DNA of 41,808 nt from the IMG/VR virus record IMGVR_UViG_3300027583_000001. One strand, written 5' to 3'. The stretch comes from a virus. The notes under the pieces are model-generated. The model had not been told where the DNA came from and ran no database searches. It saw nothing but the letters and a program-made list of their open reading frames with translations. Shown here in pieces: positions 1 to 8,630 of the stretch. The translations under genes were made by a program, and so were the position numbers. The stretch's first letter is position 1. Each line of letters starts with the position of its first letter.

Positions 1-99
1 TGCGGGTTAGAGCCCTGGCCGGTCTGTAAGCCAACGCCTGTTTCCATATCGAGATACAGCAAGGATATGCGAATGCGGTTGAAGTTCGAGAGGATGTGC
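1..99. repeat. Terminal direct repeat copy 1, identical to 41710-41808 (circular-assembly overlap or physical terminal redundancy)
   Basis: Read base by base: tgcgggttagagccctggcc...gagaggatgtgc occurs at both window ends, 99 of 99 identical. Confidence 0.97.
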
Positions 100-1217
100 C
101 GGGTAATCAGTTCCCGAATGATCGTGACCCCGTTGTCGGTGTACTGAGTCGGGGACATGGTGTAAATCTGATTCGTGGCATAGTCCGATAGCAGAGTGGA
201 CCCGCCGTAATAGGTCGAGAGCAGCGCCGTATGCCTTACCGGAGTCACTGACGTACCTGTCTGCACCTCGCTCCACAGCCGGGTCGAACAGTCATAGAGA
301 AACGAACGGTTAGCCGTGGGAAAGGTCAATTGATAGAACTTGTGCGTGTCTTGCTCATAAGCCAATGCAGTCGCATCAGCGACGGTCGTGAACGTGGCCC
401 AAATCGCCTCCATGTCGGCATCGGAGATGATGTTGGCGTTATAGCCCACGATCTGAACGCACTGCACCGCTCCCGTCCGAGTCACTGCAAGGTGAATCAA
501 GGTCTGATCCACGTGCGCGCGGGAGTAAATAGCTGCTAGGCCGTACTCATTCGCAGCCGAGATCAGCGGCACGAAAGGCTCCGGTGAAAGGCCCTGATTC
601 GTCCAAAACTCCGTGTGCTGTTGAGAAAACACCACCAGAATGCCTAACAGGTTATCCACCGCCAAAACCGTGTCCGAATAGATCGAGGCTGACGCAAAGG
701 CTAAAGCGCTCCACGTGGAACCATCATTGTTGTTCGATACCCAAAAGACCTGCGTACCCGGCTGTTCGGCCACAAAGAAGCCTGACACGAAGGTACAGGT
801 CTGCGCATTGATCGCAGGGAAGGCCGCAATCGTGGTGAGTGTGTTGGTGGCAATCGTCCACAAATACCCCGTATTACCGTCCGTAATCACGATCTGAGTA
901 GGGCTTGCGGCTAAGGAACACAGCCCCGAAAAGGTGTTGAGCGTCCCCGAGGCGATAGTATTTCCGGTTGATCCTAAGCTTAGGAACTGGTTATACGCCA
1001 CCCCATAGAGCGTCGTTTGTGAGCCTAACAAGGCCCGCAAAGGCAGATTTGACGATCCCACCGTGAACTTAGCGACAAGCCCCGGTGTTCCGTAAATGCT
1101 GACCTTGGTCTTGTCTTGGTCCGGTCGGTTCTCGAAATAGCAGTTTAAGCGCCGTTGAGAGGTAACAACGAGGCTTTTCTGTCGAGTGCTACCCCCAAAA
1201 AGGCTGACGATCCTCAT
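1..1217 (-). CDS. P22 gp10-like tail hub / packaged-DNA stabilization protein, N-terminal ~405 codons (continues across the junction into 41487-41709; 479 aa in total)
   Basis: Absent from the ORF track because it has no stop on this side. ATG at 1217 overlaps the stop of 1214..2260 (ATGA). I hand-translated every codon from 1217 to 1 with no stop: MRIVSLFGGSTRQKSLVVTSQRRLNCYFENRPDQDKTKVSIYGTPG...ITRHILSNFNRIRISLLYLDMETG. It is in frame with ORF 41487..41771 through the 99-bp overlap. The size matches P22 gp10 (472 aa). Confidence 0.8.
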   Translation of the reverse strand, partial: MRIVSLFGGSTRQKSLVVTSQRRLNCYFENRPDQDKTKVSIYGTPGLVAKFTVGSSNLPLRALLGSQTTLYGVAYNQFLSLGSTGNTIASGTLNTFSGLCSLAASPTQIVITDGNTGYLWTIATNTLTTIAAFPAINAQTCTFVSGFFVAEQPGTQVFWVSNNNDGSTWSALAFASASIYSDTVLAVDNLLGILVVFSQQHTEFWTNQGLSPEPFVPLISAANEYGLAAIYSRAHVDQTLIHLAVTRTGAVQCVQIVGYNANIISDADMEAIWATFTTVADATALAYEQDTHKFYQLTFPTANRSFLYDCSTRLWSEVQTGTSVTPVRHTALLSTYYGGSTLLSDYATNQIYTMSPTQYTDNGVTIIRELITRHILSNFNRIRISLLYLDMETGVGLQTGQGSNP

Positions 1218-2260
1218 GGGTCATAGGGACTTCCAGCGTTAGGCTGGAAGTAGAAAGTCGTGGTTTCGCTGTCAGGTTCCCGTGCCATCGCCACAGACTC
1301 GAGATAGTTCTGCTGCATGTCCTCCGTCCATACCGCATCGAACATGCCGCAAATCTCTCTGGAACCGCCCCAACAGAGCGCCCGATACCACTGTTGCGGA
1401 TATTCCGGGTTATCTCCCGGATTGTTCAAGTCCATCACGGGACGCAAGAACACCATGTGCAGGCTCTTGGTCACATCCTGAGCGCCTCCACAGTCGATGT
1501 AGTAAGACCCATTGCCACTGGTGGGAGTGGCCGTTAAATTCGTTGCCGTGCCGATCTGACTCTCGTAGTAATACGCCGTAGGGTCTGCCGTGTTTGCGAC
1601 CATCGTCTTGGTCGGCAGCGCCTCATAATCCTCAAGGGTGACTGGGTTTTGCTGGACATCGTTGTTGTAAATGTCCCGCAGAACTGAAGTCACGATGCCT
1701 AAAGGCCGCTGCTGCTTGACCGTGTAGTTCCACACGTAGGCGTTCGCCCCCACCGGCCCCGTCAGCGCATTCGTGAGGGTCACGGTAGACCCTGTAGGAG
1801 CTCCGTTCACCGTGGTCCAGAAGATATCCGTATTGCCCGCGGGGCTTCCATACACCACCCCGATATAGTCCCCGTTGTTGATGTTGGTGATGGAGGACAC
1901 GATGAGCGAGGTTGCCCCGGTAATCGCACCCGCGGTGGTGGTCGTTTGGTTGTGGGTCTGTCCGTCACTGCCTCCCGTGACTCCGCCGGCCCACGCATCC
2001 CCCGTAGGCCCCAGCCGATACTTAAACTGCGCGGCGCCTAAAAAGAGCCGGCCCCGCTGGCGAGTCCACATCTTCAATCCCGGCGCAAAGTCCTGCTTGC
2101 CCATCCACTGCTTCACCAGCATGTTGAGCTTACGCAAGCAGTCGGTGTATTCCTGGGCTGTTGGCACTTCCGCCTCACCGATCGCACCGACATTGAGCAT
2201 CATCTCTCGCACGATGTCGGAGGCGTTGACGGTGAAATTAAACGTGCCAGAGGTCGTCAT
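1214..2260 (-). CDS. Head-to-tail adaptor, P22 gp4-like N-terminus with a large T/G-rich insertion
   Basis: 348 aa. N-terminal DIVREMMLNVGAIGEAEVPTAQEYTDCLRKLNMLVKQW resembles the gp4 N-terminal helices as I recall them. It lies immediately upstream of the gp10-like gene with ATGA coupling, as in P22. Confidence 0.6.
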   Translation of the reverse strand: MTTSGTFNFTVNASDIVREMMLNVGAIGEAEVPTAQEYTDCLRKLNMLVKQWMGKQDFAPGLKMWTRQRGRLFLGAAQFKYRLGPTGDAWAGGVTGGSDGQTHNQTTTTAGAITGATSLIVSSITNINNGDYIGVVYGSPAGNTDIFWTTVNGAPTGSTVTLTNALTGPVGANAYVWNYTVKQQRPLGIVTSVLRDIYNNDVQQNPVTLEDYEALPTKTMVANTADPTAYYYESQIGTATNLTATPTSGNGSYYIDCGGAQDVTKSLHMVFLRPVMDLNNPGDNPEYPQQWYRALCWGGSREICGMFDAVWTEDMQQNYLESVAMAREPDSETTTFYFQPNAGSPYDP

Positions 2261-3306
2261 GCGGTCATCCGCTCATCCAATTGAGCTTTCAGCACGTGCC
2301 AAATAACCCTGTACGCCTGATCCGGGGTGATATCCGCCTGACACTGTGCCACGCCTGACTCCGCTTTCTTGCAATGCTCCCACTGATAGTGGAGCTGGTG
2401 ACAGGCCGGCGCCTCGTTATTTCCCCTGCCCGGACAGACGGTATTCTCCGACCACAGCGGGTGGGTATTCACCCAATCCCGCGTCAAGTTCTCGTGGCTC
2501 GAATGCGAGAGAAACACGACTTTAGGATAGGACAATTGAGCCGCAGCGTTCATGAGACCCGTCTCAGGCCCGATCGCCATGTCAGCTTGACCCATGAACG
2601 CGAGTGATTCGCGAATCGACCACTTGCCACTGCGCCTATGCACGCGCGCTTCTTTCTCCCAGCCTTGCTCGAGGATCTGAGCCGCCTCACCGCCTAAAAA
2701 CGCGATATGCACCTGCGGGAAGTCGAGCATGATGGACGCTACCGCTGCATCCAGATAAGGCCATGTCTTGTGCACTGAGGAACCCGCGAGCGCCCACGCA
2801 ATGACGAATTCACCCATCTTGGCCCGCTCTTTCTTCGCCCAACTGCGCTCGGCCTCGGTTGCATAAAAATGCATCTTCGGTGCATATTTAACGCCGGCTA
2901 TCTCGTGCTGCACCTCGAGGTAATTGCGATCGAGCATCGAATGTCGCAAGGCAGGAGGCCAGAAGTGCATCGTCCTCCCAGGAAGCGCTAGGAACGATCC
3001 CTCGACCGACTCCGATAGATTCACCCACTTATCGTACTTCGCCTTGTGGTAAGCCCAAAACTCGCCCAGAAGGCCATTAGGAACTTGATCCTTGTCTTGG
3101 ATGTAAAAAGCATCGATGTTCGGGTCAAATTTGACTATGTCATCGCCGGGAGGGGAGGTGTATAGCGTGACGTGATAGCCCTCTGCCTTGAGAGCGGCGA
3201 ACACCGATGAAGCTTGGATAAGATCGCCGAAAGCACCGTAGCGGCAGACTCCTACGGTTTTTACTGGCTTTGGATCTTTAAAGCTAAATTTTCTGACGTG
3301 CTTCAT
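2257..3306 (-). CDS. Glycosyltransferase family 9 (ADP-heptose-dependent heptosyltransferase-like) with a C-terminal four-Cys cluster
   Basis: 349 aa. GT9 hallmarks: RYGAFGDLIQASSVFAALKAEG near the N-terminus, GSSVHKTWPY, and SLAFMGQADMAIGPETGLMNAAAQLSYPKVVFLSHS. C-terminal CPGRGNNEAPAC-x9-C-x9-C. Confidence 0.8.
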   Translation of the reverse strand: MKHVRKFSFKDPKPVKTVGVCRYGAFGDLIQASSVFAALKAEGYHVTLYTSPPGDDIVKFDPNIDAFYIQDKDQVPNGLLGEFWAYHKAKYDKWVNLSESVEGSFLALPGRTMHFWPPALRHSMLDRNYLEVQHEIAGVKYAPKMHFYATEAERSWAKKERAKMGEFVIAWALAGSSVHKTWPYLDAAVASIMLDFPQVHIAFLGGEAAQILEQGWEKEARVHRRSGKWSIRESLAFMGQADMAIGPETGLMNAAAQLSYPKVVFLSHSSHENLTRDWVNTHPLWSENTVCPGRGNNEAPACHQLHYQWEHCKKAESGVAQCQADITPDQAYRVIWHVLKAQLDERMTA

Positions 3307-3838
3307 GGAAAGCCTTGAGTGCTGCGCTTTGTTTCGCCTTTGTTTCCTCGGTGTGCTTCCGCCCTAACCACACTTTAGACTCCCTGTTTCTTTGGGCAAG
3401 CCAAGGTCTTTTTGATCCCTTTATTGAAGCTATGAGTTTTTTCTTATTTTCATCGGACATCGGGTGTCCAGGTTTTCCCGTGTTCGACCTGTTGCGGGCC
3501 GCAAGATCGGGTCTCTTCCTGCCCCTATTTCCTCGCCATCCAACAGTGCCTTCGCCACCTTCTGTATGATTGAGAAGCTTGACGCCTTCCATTCTCAAAA
3601 GACCGATGATCTCGATCTCATCTAAGTTGAATCTAGCTTGCTCGCACACCGAAGTTATAGAGATAACAAAACCTTCTTGCTGCTCTCTAAACATCCACTT
3701 GTGAACGGCAGTTTGCCTTCTCTTGGCGTAGTTACGGTGTTGGCACAATCGGGTTTTAAGTAACTGAGTAGTTTGTCCGATATAGCGCGGCTGATTGTTT
3801 CTAGACGAACTCAGCGAATAAATAGTGCAGCATTTCAC
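3284..3838 (-). CDS. GIY-YIG homing endonuclease with two NUMOD3-like DNA-binding repeats
   Basis: 184 aa. TIYSLSSSRNNQPRYIGQT...RLCQHRN (GIY-YIG), LLNHTEGGEG, then GHPMSDENKKKLIASIKG and GRKHTEETKAKQSAALK. Hand-counted 60-nt samples give about 40-48 percent GC against about 57 percent in the capsid region. Confidence 0.85.
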   Translation of the reverse strand: MKCCTIYSLSSSRNNQPRYIGQTTQLLKTRLCQHRNYAKRRQTAVHKWMFREQQEGFVISITSVCEQARFNLDEIEIIGLLRMEGVKLLNHTEGGEGTVGWRGNRGRKRPDLAARNRSNTGKPGHPMSDENKKKLIASIKGSKRPWLAQRNRESKVWLGRKHTEETKAKQSAALKAFHEARQKI

Positions 3839-4371
3839 GAAAGCACCTTAAACACGGCATAGTGTGAATATTCTTTGTCTTGGTTCCGTTTTTGGTAATC
3901 GACCAGATCCCACCCTCTTGGAACCGTCTCCATCCACTCGACTATTTTATCGTAGGTGATGTCTACTTTGTGGTCTGGATTGGCCCCTGGTTGACCTACT
4001 TTTGGGTACTCATCGGCATCGGGAACGTACAAAACCAAATAGCCATTAGGCTTAACTACACGGCACCATTCGGTCAGTACGCCGGGAATCTTGGACTCAT
4101 CGAAGTGTTCCAAAAGGTGCGAAGAGAACACAAAATCCATGGACTGCGAGGCGAAAACGTCCAACTTCTCGCAGGTTGGAACCCACACATCCGGCTTGAT
4201 CTGTGCTCCGAATAGCTGCGCATCAACACAGTTATCGACCCCAATCCAGTGTTGATAGGTCTTGGCGACTCCAGAGCCTAAGTCTAGGCCTCTACCCTTC
4301 GTGTATTGGACGATCTCCCACCGAATCTTATACGCTTCATTCCCTTGCGGATCGGCGATGTTCCAGGTCAT
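3835..4371 (-). CDS. Class I SAM-dependent methyltransferase
   Basis: 178 aa. Motif I GRGLDLGSG, then GVDN, SSHLLEHF and VKPNGYLVLYVPD. Low GC like the neighbouring GIY-YIG gene. Confidence 0.8.
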   Translation of the reverse strand: MTWNIADPQGNEAYKIRWEIVQYTKGRGLDLGSGVAKTYQHWIGVDNCVDAQLFGAQIKPDVWVPTCEKLDVFASQSMDFVFSSHLLEHFDESKIPGVLTEWCRVVKPNGYLVLYVPDADEYPKVGQPGANPDHKVDITYDKIVEWMETVPRGWDLVDYQKRNQDKEYSHYAVFKVLS

Positions 4372-4372
4372 T

Positions 4373-4891
4373 TCAGAACCTTATGTAGGTCTTTTCGGCG
4401 ACTATCGGTATCAATCGGTGAGTCTGACAGAATTCTTTTACCGCTGCATCTGCTCCCGCTAAACACCCCACATCGTCACACCAAATAACTCCCCCTTCGA
4501 CCATGCGGGGCTGAAAATATGCGAGGGCTTCTCGATAGGACCGATATTGATCAACGTCCAAGTGAACAAAGGCCACCGGCCCCATCTCAACCGCACTATC
4601 GGGAAAGATGCCAGCCACCACCGTGGCATAGGGAATGGCGGTTTTTACTTCCTCGACTGAGGTGTCCGCAAAATCACCTACCCGGTGACTGTCTAACTCA
4701 CCGCGGTAGGGTATCCCAGTAAAGGTGTCGTAGAGGTAGCAGGGCCTCCCTTGCGCTTGAGCTACTTGGGCAAGATGCCAAGCCGTGCCTCCGTGGTAAA
4801 CGCCTACTTCAACGAAAGCGCCGGCAGGTGTTGATTGAGCGAGCTTGGCTAACGCTCGAGCGCAGTCCTCACTGACTAGGCTGTGCAGCAT
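4373..4891 (-). CDS. TylF/MycF-type (macrocin O-methyltransferase-like) SAM methyltransferase
   Basis: 172 aa. FVEVGVYHGGTAWHL, YLYDTFTGIP, FVHLDVDQYRSYREAL and GGVIWCDD match the TylF-family pattern (E.G...G, D.F.G.P, D.D.Y.S, GG...DDY). Confidence 0.75.
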   Translation of the reverse strand: MLHSLVSEDCARALAKLAQSTPAGAFVEVGVYHGGTAWHLAQVAQAQGRPCYLYDTFTGIPYRGELDSHRVGDFADTSVEEVKTAIPYATVVAGIFPDSAVEMGPVAFVHLDVDQYRSYREALAYFQPRMVEGGVIWCDDVGCLAGADAAVKEFCQTHRLIPIVAEKTYIRF

Positions 4892-5087
4892 TCTTGCGCT
4901 TGGCCCACGCTGCTTTCATGGCCTCTGATCGGGTCTTGTCTTTGAATCCCTCCAAAGATAAATCAGGTTCGCCGACAGGCAACCCGTCAAACCCGTAGTC
5001 AATCCCGTCCTGCACAAAAGCAATATCGGGATGGTTGTACACGATGCCGTGATGGCGGGTTTTATCTAGTCCCATAGCACGTTCCAT
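4869..5087 (-). CDS. Hypothetical protein (72 aa; start may be the internal Met at 5075)
   Basis: Same-strand ORF bridging the 360-aa gene and the methyltransferase, overlapping both neighbours. Confidence 0.5.
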   Translation of the reverse strand: MERAMGLDKTRHHGIVYNHPDIAFVQDGIDYGFDGLPVGEPDLSLEGFKDKTRSEAMKAAWAKRKNAAQPSQ

Positions 5088-6148
5088 GAGCCGGCAGCGG
5101 TACCGGAAGTCACCACGACCAGCGAAGTGTTGAATTTAATACCGAGGCCGCCAGGCCCAGGCGACAGCGCTGATAATAGCGTGGTGGACGTGGACACCGC
5201 CATCAGCGTATTTGTCCCATCCAATACGCCAATTCCCGCTCCTGTTCCAAGTGCCCACAGATAGGAGCTGAAATAAATGCCGGGGCCATTGGCAACGGTG
5301 GTTGTCCCGCTCGTCGTAATGGCGGTGTAATTGGCCGCTTGAGCCATGTTGAGGGCTTTGGAATTGACCGAGGCTTTGCGAAACGGGTACACCCCATCAC
5401 TCAAGGAAATAGCACCGGCTGACGCATCGGCCATGGTCACCGCATTTTGTGTCACCGTCGCGGCAGCTCCCGCATTCGAGACGACAAGTACACCCGTGCT
5501 TAAGGTGTTGTTGACCGGCCCCGAGGCTCCTGTCGGATAACTCGCCACCACGTTGTATTCGTTGTCGATCGACCAAAAACAAATGTCGCCCCGAAAGCGA
5601 ATCCAGTACTTATGCACTCCCGCATCCGTAGGCTGAACCTTGCCCAAGTTGGCAACGACCAAGCGCACCCCGGCGCCCCAGGTCGCCGCAAACAGCACCC
5701 CATTGATCACATCGAACACCGCCCCATCGGTCACAGGTGCAGCATACGTGGGCGTTCCTGGGATGTTCATCAAACCCCAGGCACAGTAATTGTTGATCGG
5801 AATGGAGGCCGGGAAGTTGATCGCGTGATAGTTGATCAAATACCCTGGCTGGGAGGGCTGAAACTGCGGCTTACTGATGAGCGCCGAATAGCTGTTAGCC
5901 GTCGTACCACCATTTAAGGTGGTATTGCCGTTCGTTCCTGGAGAGCTCGGCGCTATTCCGGTTCCGCCGTTACTCGTCGTCCACAGATTGACCGTATCGA
6001 GAGTCGCCGCGCCAAAAAGATCAATGAAAATCTGACGCGCTAAGCTCTCAGTTAAGAATCCACCTGACGGAGATACGGACCCCAATATCCCGCTTGTCGG
6101 GTCGATCGGGATGACGCCTATCGGAGTCGGTGTTGCGGGGGCTGGCAT
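5066..6148 (-). CDS. Hypothetical virion-module protein, G/T/S/N-rich (360 aa)
   Basis: Long ORF in the late operon between the coat and adaptor genes. No motif recognised. Confidence 0.6.
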   Translation of the reverse strand: MPAPATPTPIGVIPIDPTSGILGSVSPSGGFLTESLARQIFIDLFGAATLDTVNLWTTSNGGTGIAPSSPGTNGNTTLNGGTTANSYSALISKPQFQPSQPGYLINYHAINFPASIPINNYCAWGLMNIPGTPTYAAPVTDGAVFDVINGVLFAATWGAGVRLVVANLGKVQPTDAGVHKYWIRFRGDICFWSIDNEYNVVASYPTGASGPVNNTLSTGVLVVSNAGAAATVTQNAVTMADASAGAISLSDGVYPFRKASVNSKALNMAQAANYTAITTSGTTTVANGPGIYFSSYLWALGTGAGIGVLDGTNTLMAVSTSTTLLSALSPGPGGLGIKFNTSLVVVTSGTAAGSWNVLWD

Positions 6149-6151
6149 AAC

Positions 6152-6583
6152 TCATACTCGATCTAGGTAGTTGTTGCGCTCCACAAACCCTTCAACGCCA
6201 TCGACATCGACCACATCATAGAACGCATCGTTATGCTCGCGCGTGTACATGTCGTCGGTAGAGAGCATCTTCTTGCGATCGAACCCCGTTCTCAACGACC
6301 GCTCCGTGATGTCGTTCGTAATCTGCGTGCCATTGCCGTTCATGGGCATCTGACGAATGTCGGCCATCTCCTGATCTTCAATGTCCATGCCGGGAGGGAG
6401 GCCATTGAAGAATGCCGCATTGTTCATCGGCCTGCTATCGGAATCTCCACCCGGAACGCCTTCACGCCCAGGCGTGCCTTTCTTAGCCCGCGCCTCGACA
6501 TCCGTGATCCAGCCCTCGCCCGGGTCGTCATTCGACTGCTGGGGGTATCGGATCTCGAATTTCTCTTGTACTACCTTGCTCAC
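6152..6583 (-). CDS. Hypothetical protein with LPPGMDIEDQE motif (paralog B, 143 aa)
   Basis: Contains DDPGEGW and FFNGLPPGMDIEDQEMADIR. ATGA-coupled to 6580..6972, which carries the same motifs. Confidence 0.65.
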   Translation of the reverse strand: MSKVVQEKFEIRYPQQSNDDPGEGWITDVEARAKKGTPGREGVPGGDSDSRPMNNAAFFNGLPPGMDIEDQEMADIRQMPMNGNGTQITNDITERSLRTGFDRKKMLSTDDMYTREHNDAFYDVVDVDGVEGFVERNNYLDRV

Positions 6584-6972
6584 CAGCCGTCTCCGGGATA
6601 GCCCAACCCTCCGCTGTAGGTCTTCATAGTCTCGACGCGAATGTCAGAGTTTTCTTGATCTTCGATGTCCATCCCAGGCGGCAAAGAGTTGTACATGGCA
6701 TTCACGCCAAACTCCAACCCCTTCTTCGTGAGGTAGCCATTATCCTTAATGCCCGTCTTATCGACGCTTTCTCCACCCGAGCTTGGCAACACATCCACAT
6801 CCGCCAAGGCTGAGCCTTTCATCTCGTGGCGCTTTTGCGCGCGAGCGTTCGCGGACTTGATCACGTCGTCTTTCGAGGGAGTCGAACCACCCACCATTGC
6901 CGTGGACAGCCCATCACGAGCGACCTGCGGACTTTCGTAAGCGCCCTTGTGACCTTGAGTTCTCTTAGCCAT
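6580..6972 (-). CDS. Hypothetical protein with LPPGMDIEDQE motif (paralog A, 130 aa)
   Basis: Contains MYNSLPPGMDIEDQENSDIR and ends in GYPGDGW. Confidence 0.65.
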   Translation of the reverse strand: MAKRTQGHKGAYESPQVARDGLSTAMVGGSTPSKDDVIKSANARAQKRHEMKGSALADVDVLPSSGGESVDKTGIKDNGYLTKKGLEFGVNAMYNSLPPGMDIEDQENSDIRVETMKTYSGGLGYPGDGW

Positions 6973-6982
6973 GTCTGCTCCT

Positions 6983-7609
6983 TTACGCCAACATTGAACT
7001 TAAGGGCGCGATACCCCACTGAACGATGGCCTGGTAGACCGCGGTTGCATCCGTTCCATTGACGAATTGCAGCGTGTCTCCGGGGTTCATGTACAACCCA
7101 CCTTGGCCCGCTTGGTTGCCACCCGCATACCCTGATGTATACGTCGCGGTTCCCCACACCTGAGAGGTGTTCGTTCCCCCTAGAGTGTTGAGCGCATAGG
7201 GGCCGTTCATGCCACCTGCTACGCCGCCTCCCATGCCGCCGACGTTCACATTGGCACCCGTGGTTGACGTACCCCCGATCACCGCCCAGGGCGTCGCTGC
7301 GGCGCCTAGAGTCGTGGTTGCGAGCGCTACTGAGTTGGTGGCCGTGTTGGTCACGAAGAGCGCATAACAACCCGTCGCCGGGGATGTCGCCGTACCGTTC
7401 ACCGTGTAGGTGGAAGTGCCGGCAGTCGTGGTGAAGAACGTAGCCCCGTAGATAATGAGCGAGGTCCACGCCGTGAACTTGCCTGACGTGGCACCCGAGC
7501 CTGCCGTGTTCGCGGTGAGTAGTTCGCTCTGCCGAGAGAGGTACGCCGGATTGTCATACGCAATGTTGCGGGTGACAACGTTCGTATTGCCTTGATTTTG
7601 AGTAGCCAT
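6983..7609 (-). CDS. T/G/A-rich protein immediately downstream of the coat gene (candidate capsid decoration or head fibre, 208 aa)
   Basis: Position 2 nt after the coat stop. Composition is dominated by T, G, A, N and S. No motif recognised. Confidence 0.55.
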   Translation of the reverse strand: MATQNQGNTNVVTRNIAYDNPAYLSRQSELLTANTAGSGATSGKFTAWTSLIIYGATFFTTTAGTSTYTVNGTATSPATGCYALFVTNTATNSVALATTTLGAAATPWAVIGGTSTTGANVNVGGMGGGVAGGMNGPYALNTLGGTNTSQVWGTATYTSGYAGGNQAGQGGLYMNPGDTLQFVNGTDATAVYQAIVQWGIAPLSSMLA

Positions 7610-7610
7610 G

Positions 7611-8582
7611 TTATGCCACCGAGTCCCATTTGACGATTCGTACGTTGATCGGATTCGTATGCACGATGCCGAAGCCTCCCAAGTAGTACCAGGCGATACC
7701 TTTGGACCGCCCGTAGTCGGTCGGAATCTTGCCGCGCATCTCCTCCGGTACCGCGATAGCCTCTGCTACCGTGTCATTGCCGAAGAAGAAGATCCAGTCC
7801 GACACACCGTTAACCCATGGCGTAGTCGTCACACCATCCGTGCCTAAGCCCTTCGGAATGTTGGTCTGCTCGATGTACCGCGTGTTCTCGTACCGGCCAA
7901 TCTCACCGTTCATGATGAGGTTGAAGCCCGTGTCAGAATACTGGTGGATCGTCTCGAGGTTGTTTTTGAAGGTACGAAGCGTAGTCGGCCAGGCGATCGC
8001 GTAGTAATCGTCCGCGATGTAAGCCGGGATGTTGCGCTCCTTCATCGCGTCCACGATCGACTTGGCGTGACCGTTGTTGTAGGCGACGTTGTTCGTTCCC
8101 GTAACCGTGCCGTTCGTGTACAGCGTTACCGCGGAGGTATTCGTGCCACCCGTGGGGATAACTCTTAGAAGCGTCTGGTTGAACTGGCCCCAGGCCAAAC
8201 GATCCACCGACTTAACGGTATCGTTCTTGAGCGCCTTCTTGATAATGTCCTCAACCGGGAACTTCGAGAGGTTATCGAGCTTGCCGGAGTAGGGGACCGA
8301 GTTACCTGCCTCGGTAATCGTCAGGGTGCCCTGAGTGATCGTGAAGTTGGTTTCCGGCATGGTGTTGGTTTCAATCAACACACCGCCTGCCGTTGCTACG
8401 TCTGAAACCACGTCCCAGGTGAACGTGTCACCCTTCTTTTTGCCCTGCTGTGAGATGTCGTGAACGTCGGCGAACTGGCGAAACTTCACCAGTGGCTGAA
8501 CGTTCATACGCAATACGTTAGAAAGCTGTCGGCTGTAGAGATATCCGCCGAGTGAACTGACCGCCCAAACTTGCCCAGCCAT
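7611..8582 (-). CDS. Major capsid protein (HK97 fold; resembles the N4 gp56-type family)
   Basis: 323 aa, directly after the scaffold gene. Starts MAGQVWAVSSLGGYLYS..LVKFRQFADV and ends in GIAWYYLGGFGIVHTNPINVRIVKWDS, typical of this coat family as I recall it. Confidence 0.85.
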   Translation of the reverse strand: MAGQVWAVSSLGGYLYSRQLSNVLRMNVQPLVKFRQFADVHDISQQGKKKGDTFTWDVVSDVATAGGVLIETNTMPETNFTITQGTLTITEAGNSVPYSGKLDNLSKFPVEDIIKKALKNDTVKSVDRLAWGQFNQTLLRVIPTGGTNTSAVTLYTNGTVTGTNNVAYNNGHAKSIVDAMKERNIPAYIADDYYAIAWPTTLRTFKNNLETIHQYSDTGFNLIMNGEIGRYENTRYIEQTNIPKGLGTDGVTTTPWVNGVSDWIFFFGNDTVAEAIAVPEEMRGKIPTDYGRSKGIAWYYLGGFGIVHTNPINVRIVKWDSVA

Positions 8583-8630
8583 GCGTGACTCCTTTGACCG
8601 GAGCCACTGTTGTTTAGGCTGCCGGCGCGC

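Noticed and set aside
7-276. 89-aa minus-strand ORF at the left edge
   Set aside because: It is in the wrong frame within the gp10-like gene. The His/Arg-rich sequence looks non-coding, and the real frame is open from 1217 to 1 and continues across the junction.
6861-7469. 202-aa ORF on the same strand as, but out of frame with, the 208-aa post-coat gene
   Set aside because: It is Arg/His/Gly-rich and overlaps two better-supported genes. The 208-aa frame starts 2 nt after the coat stop.
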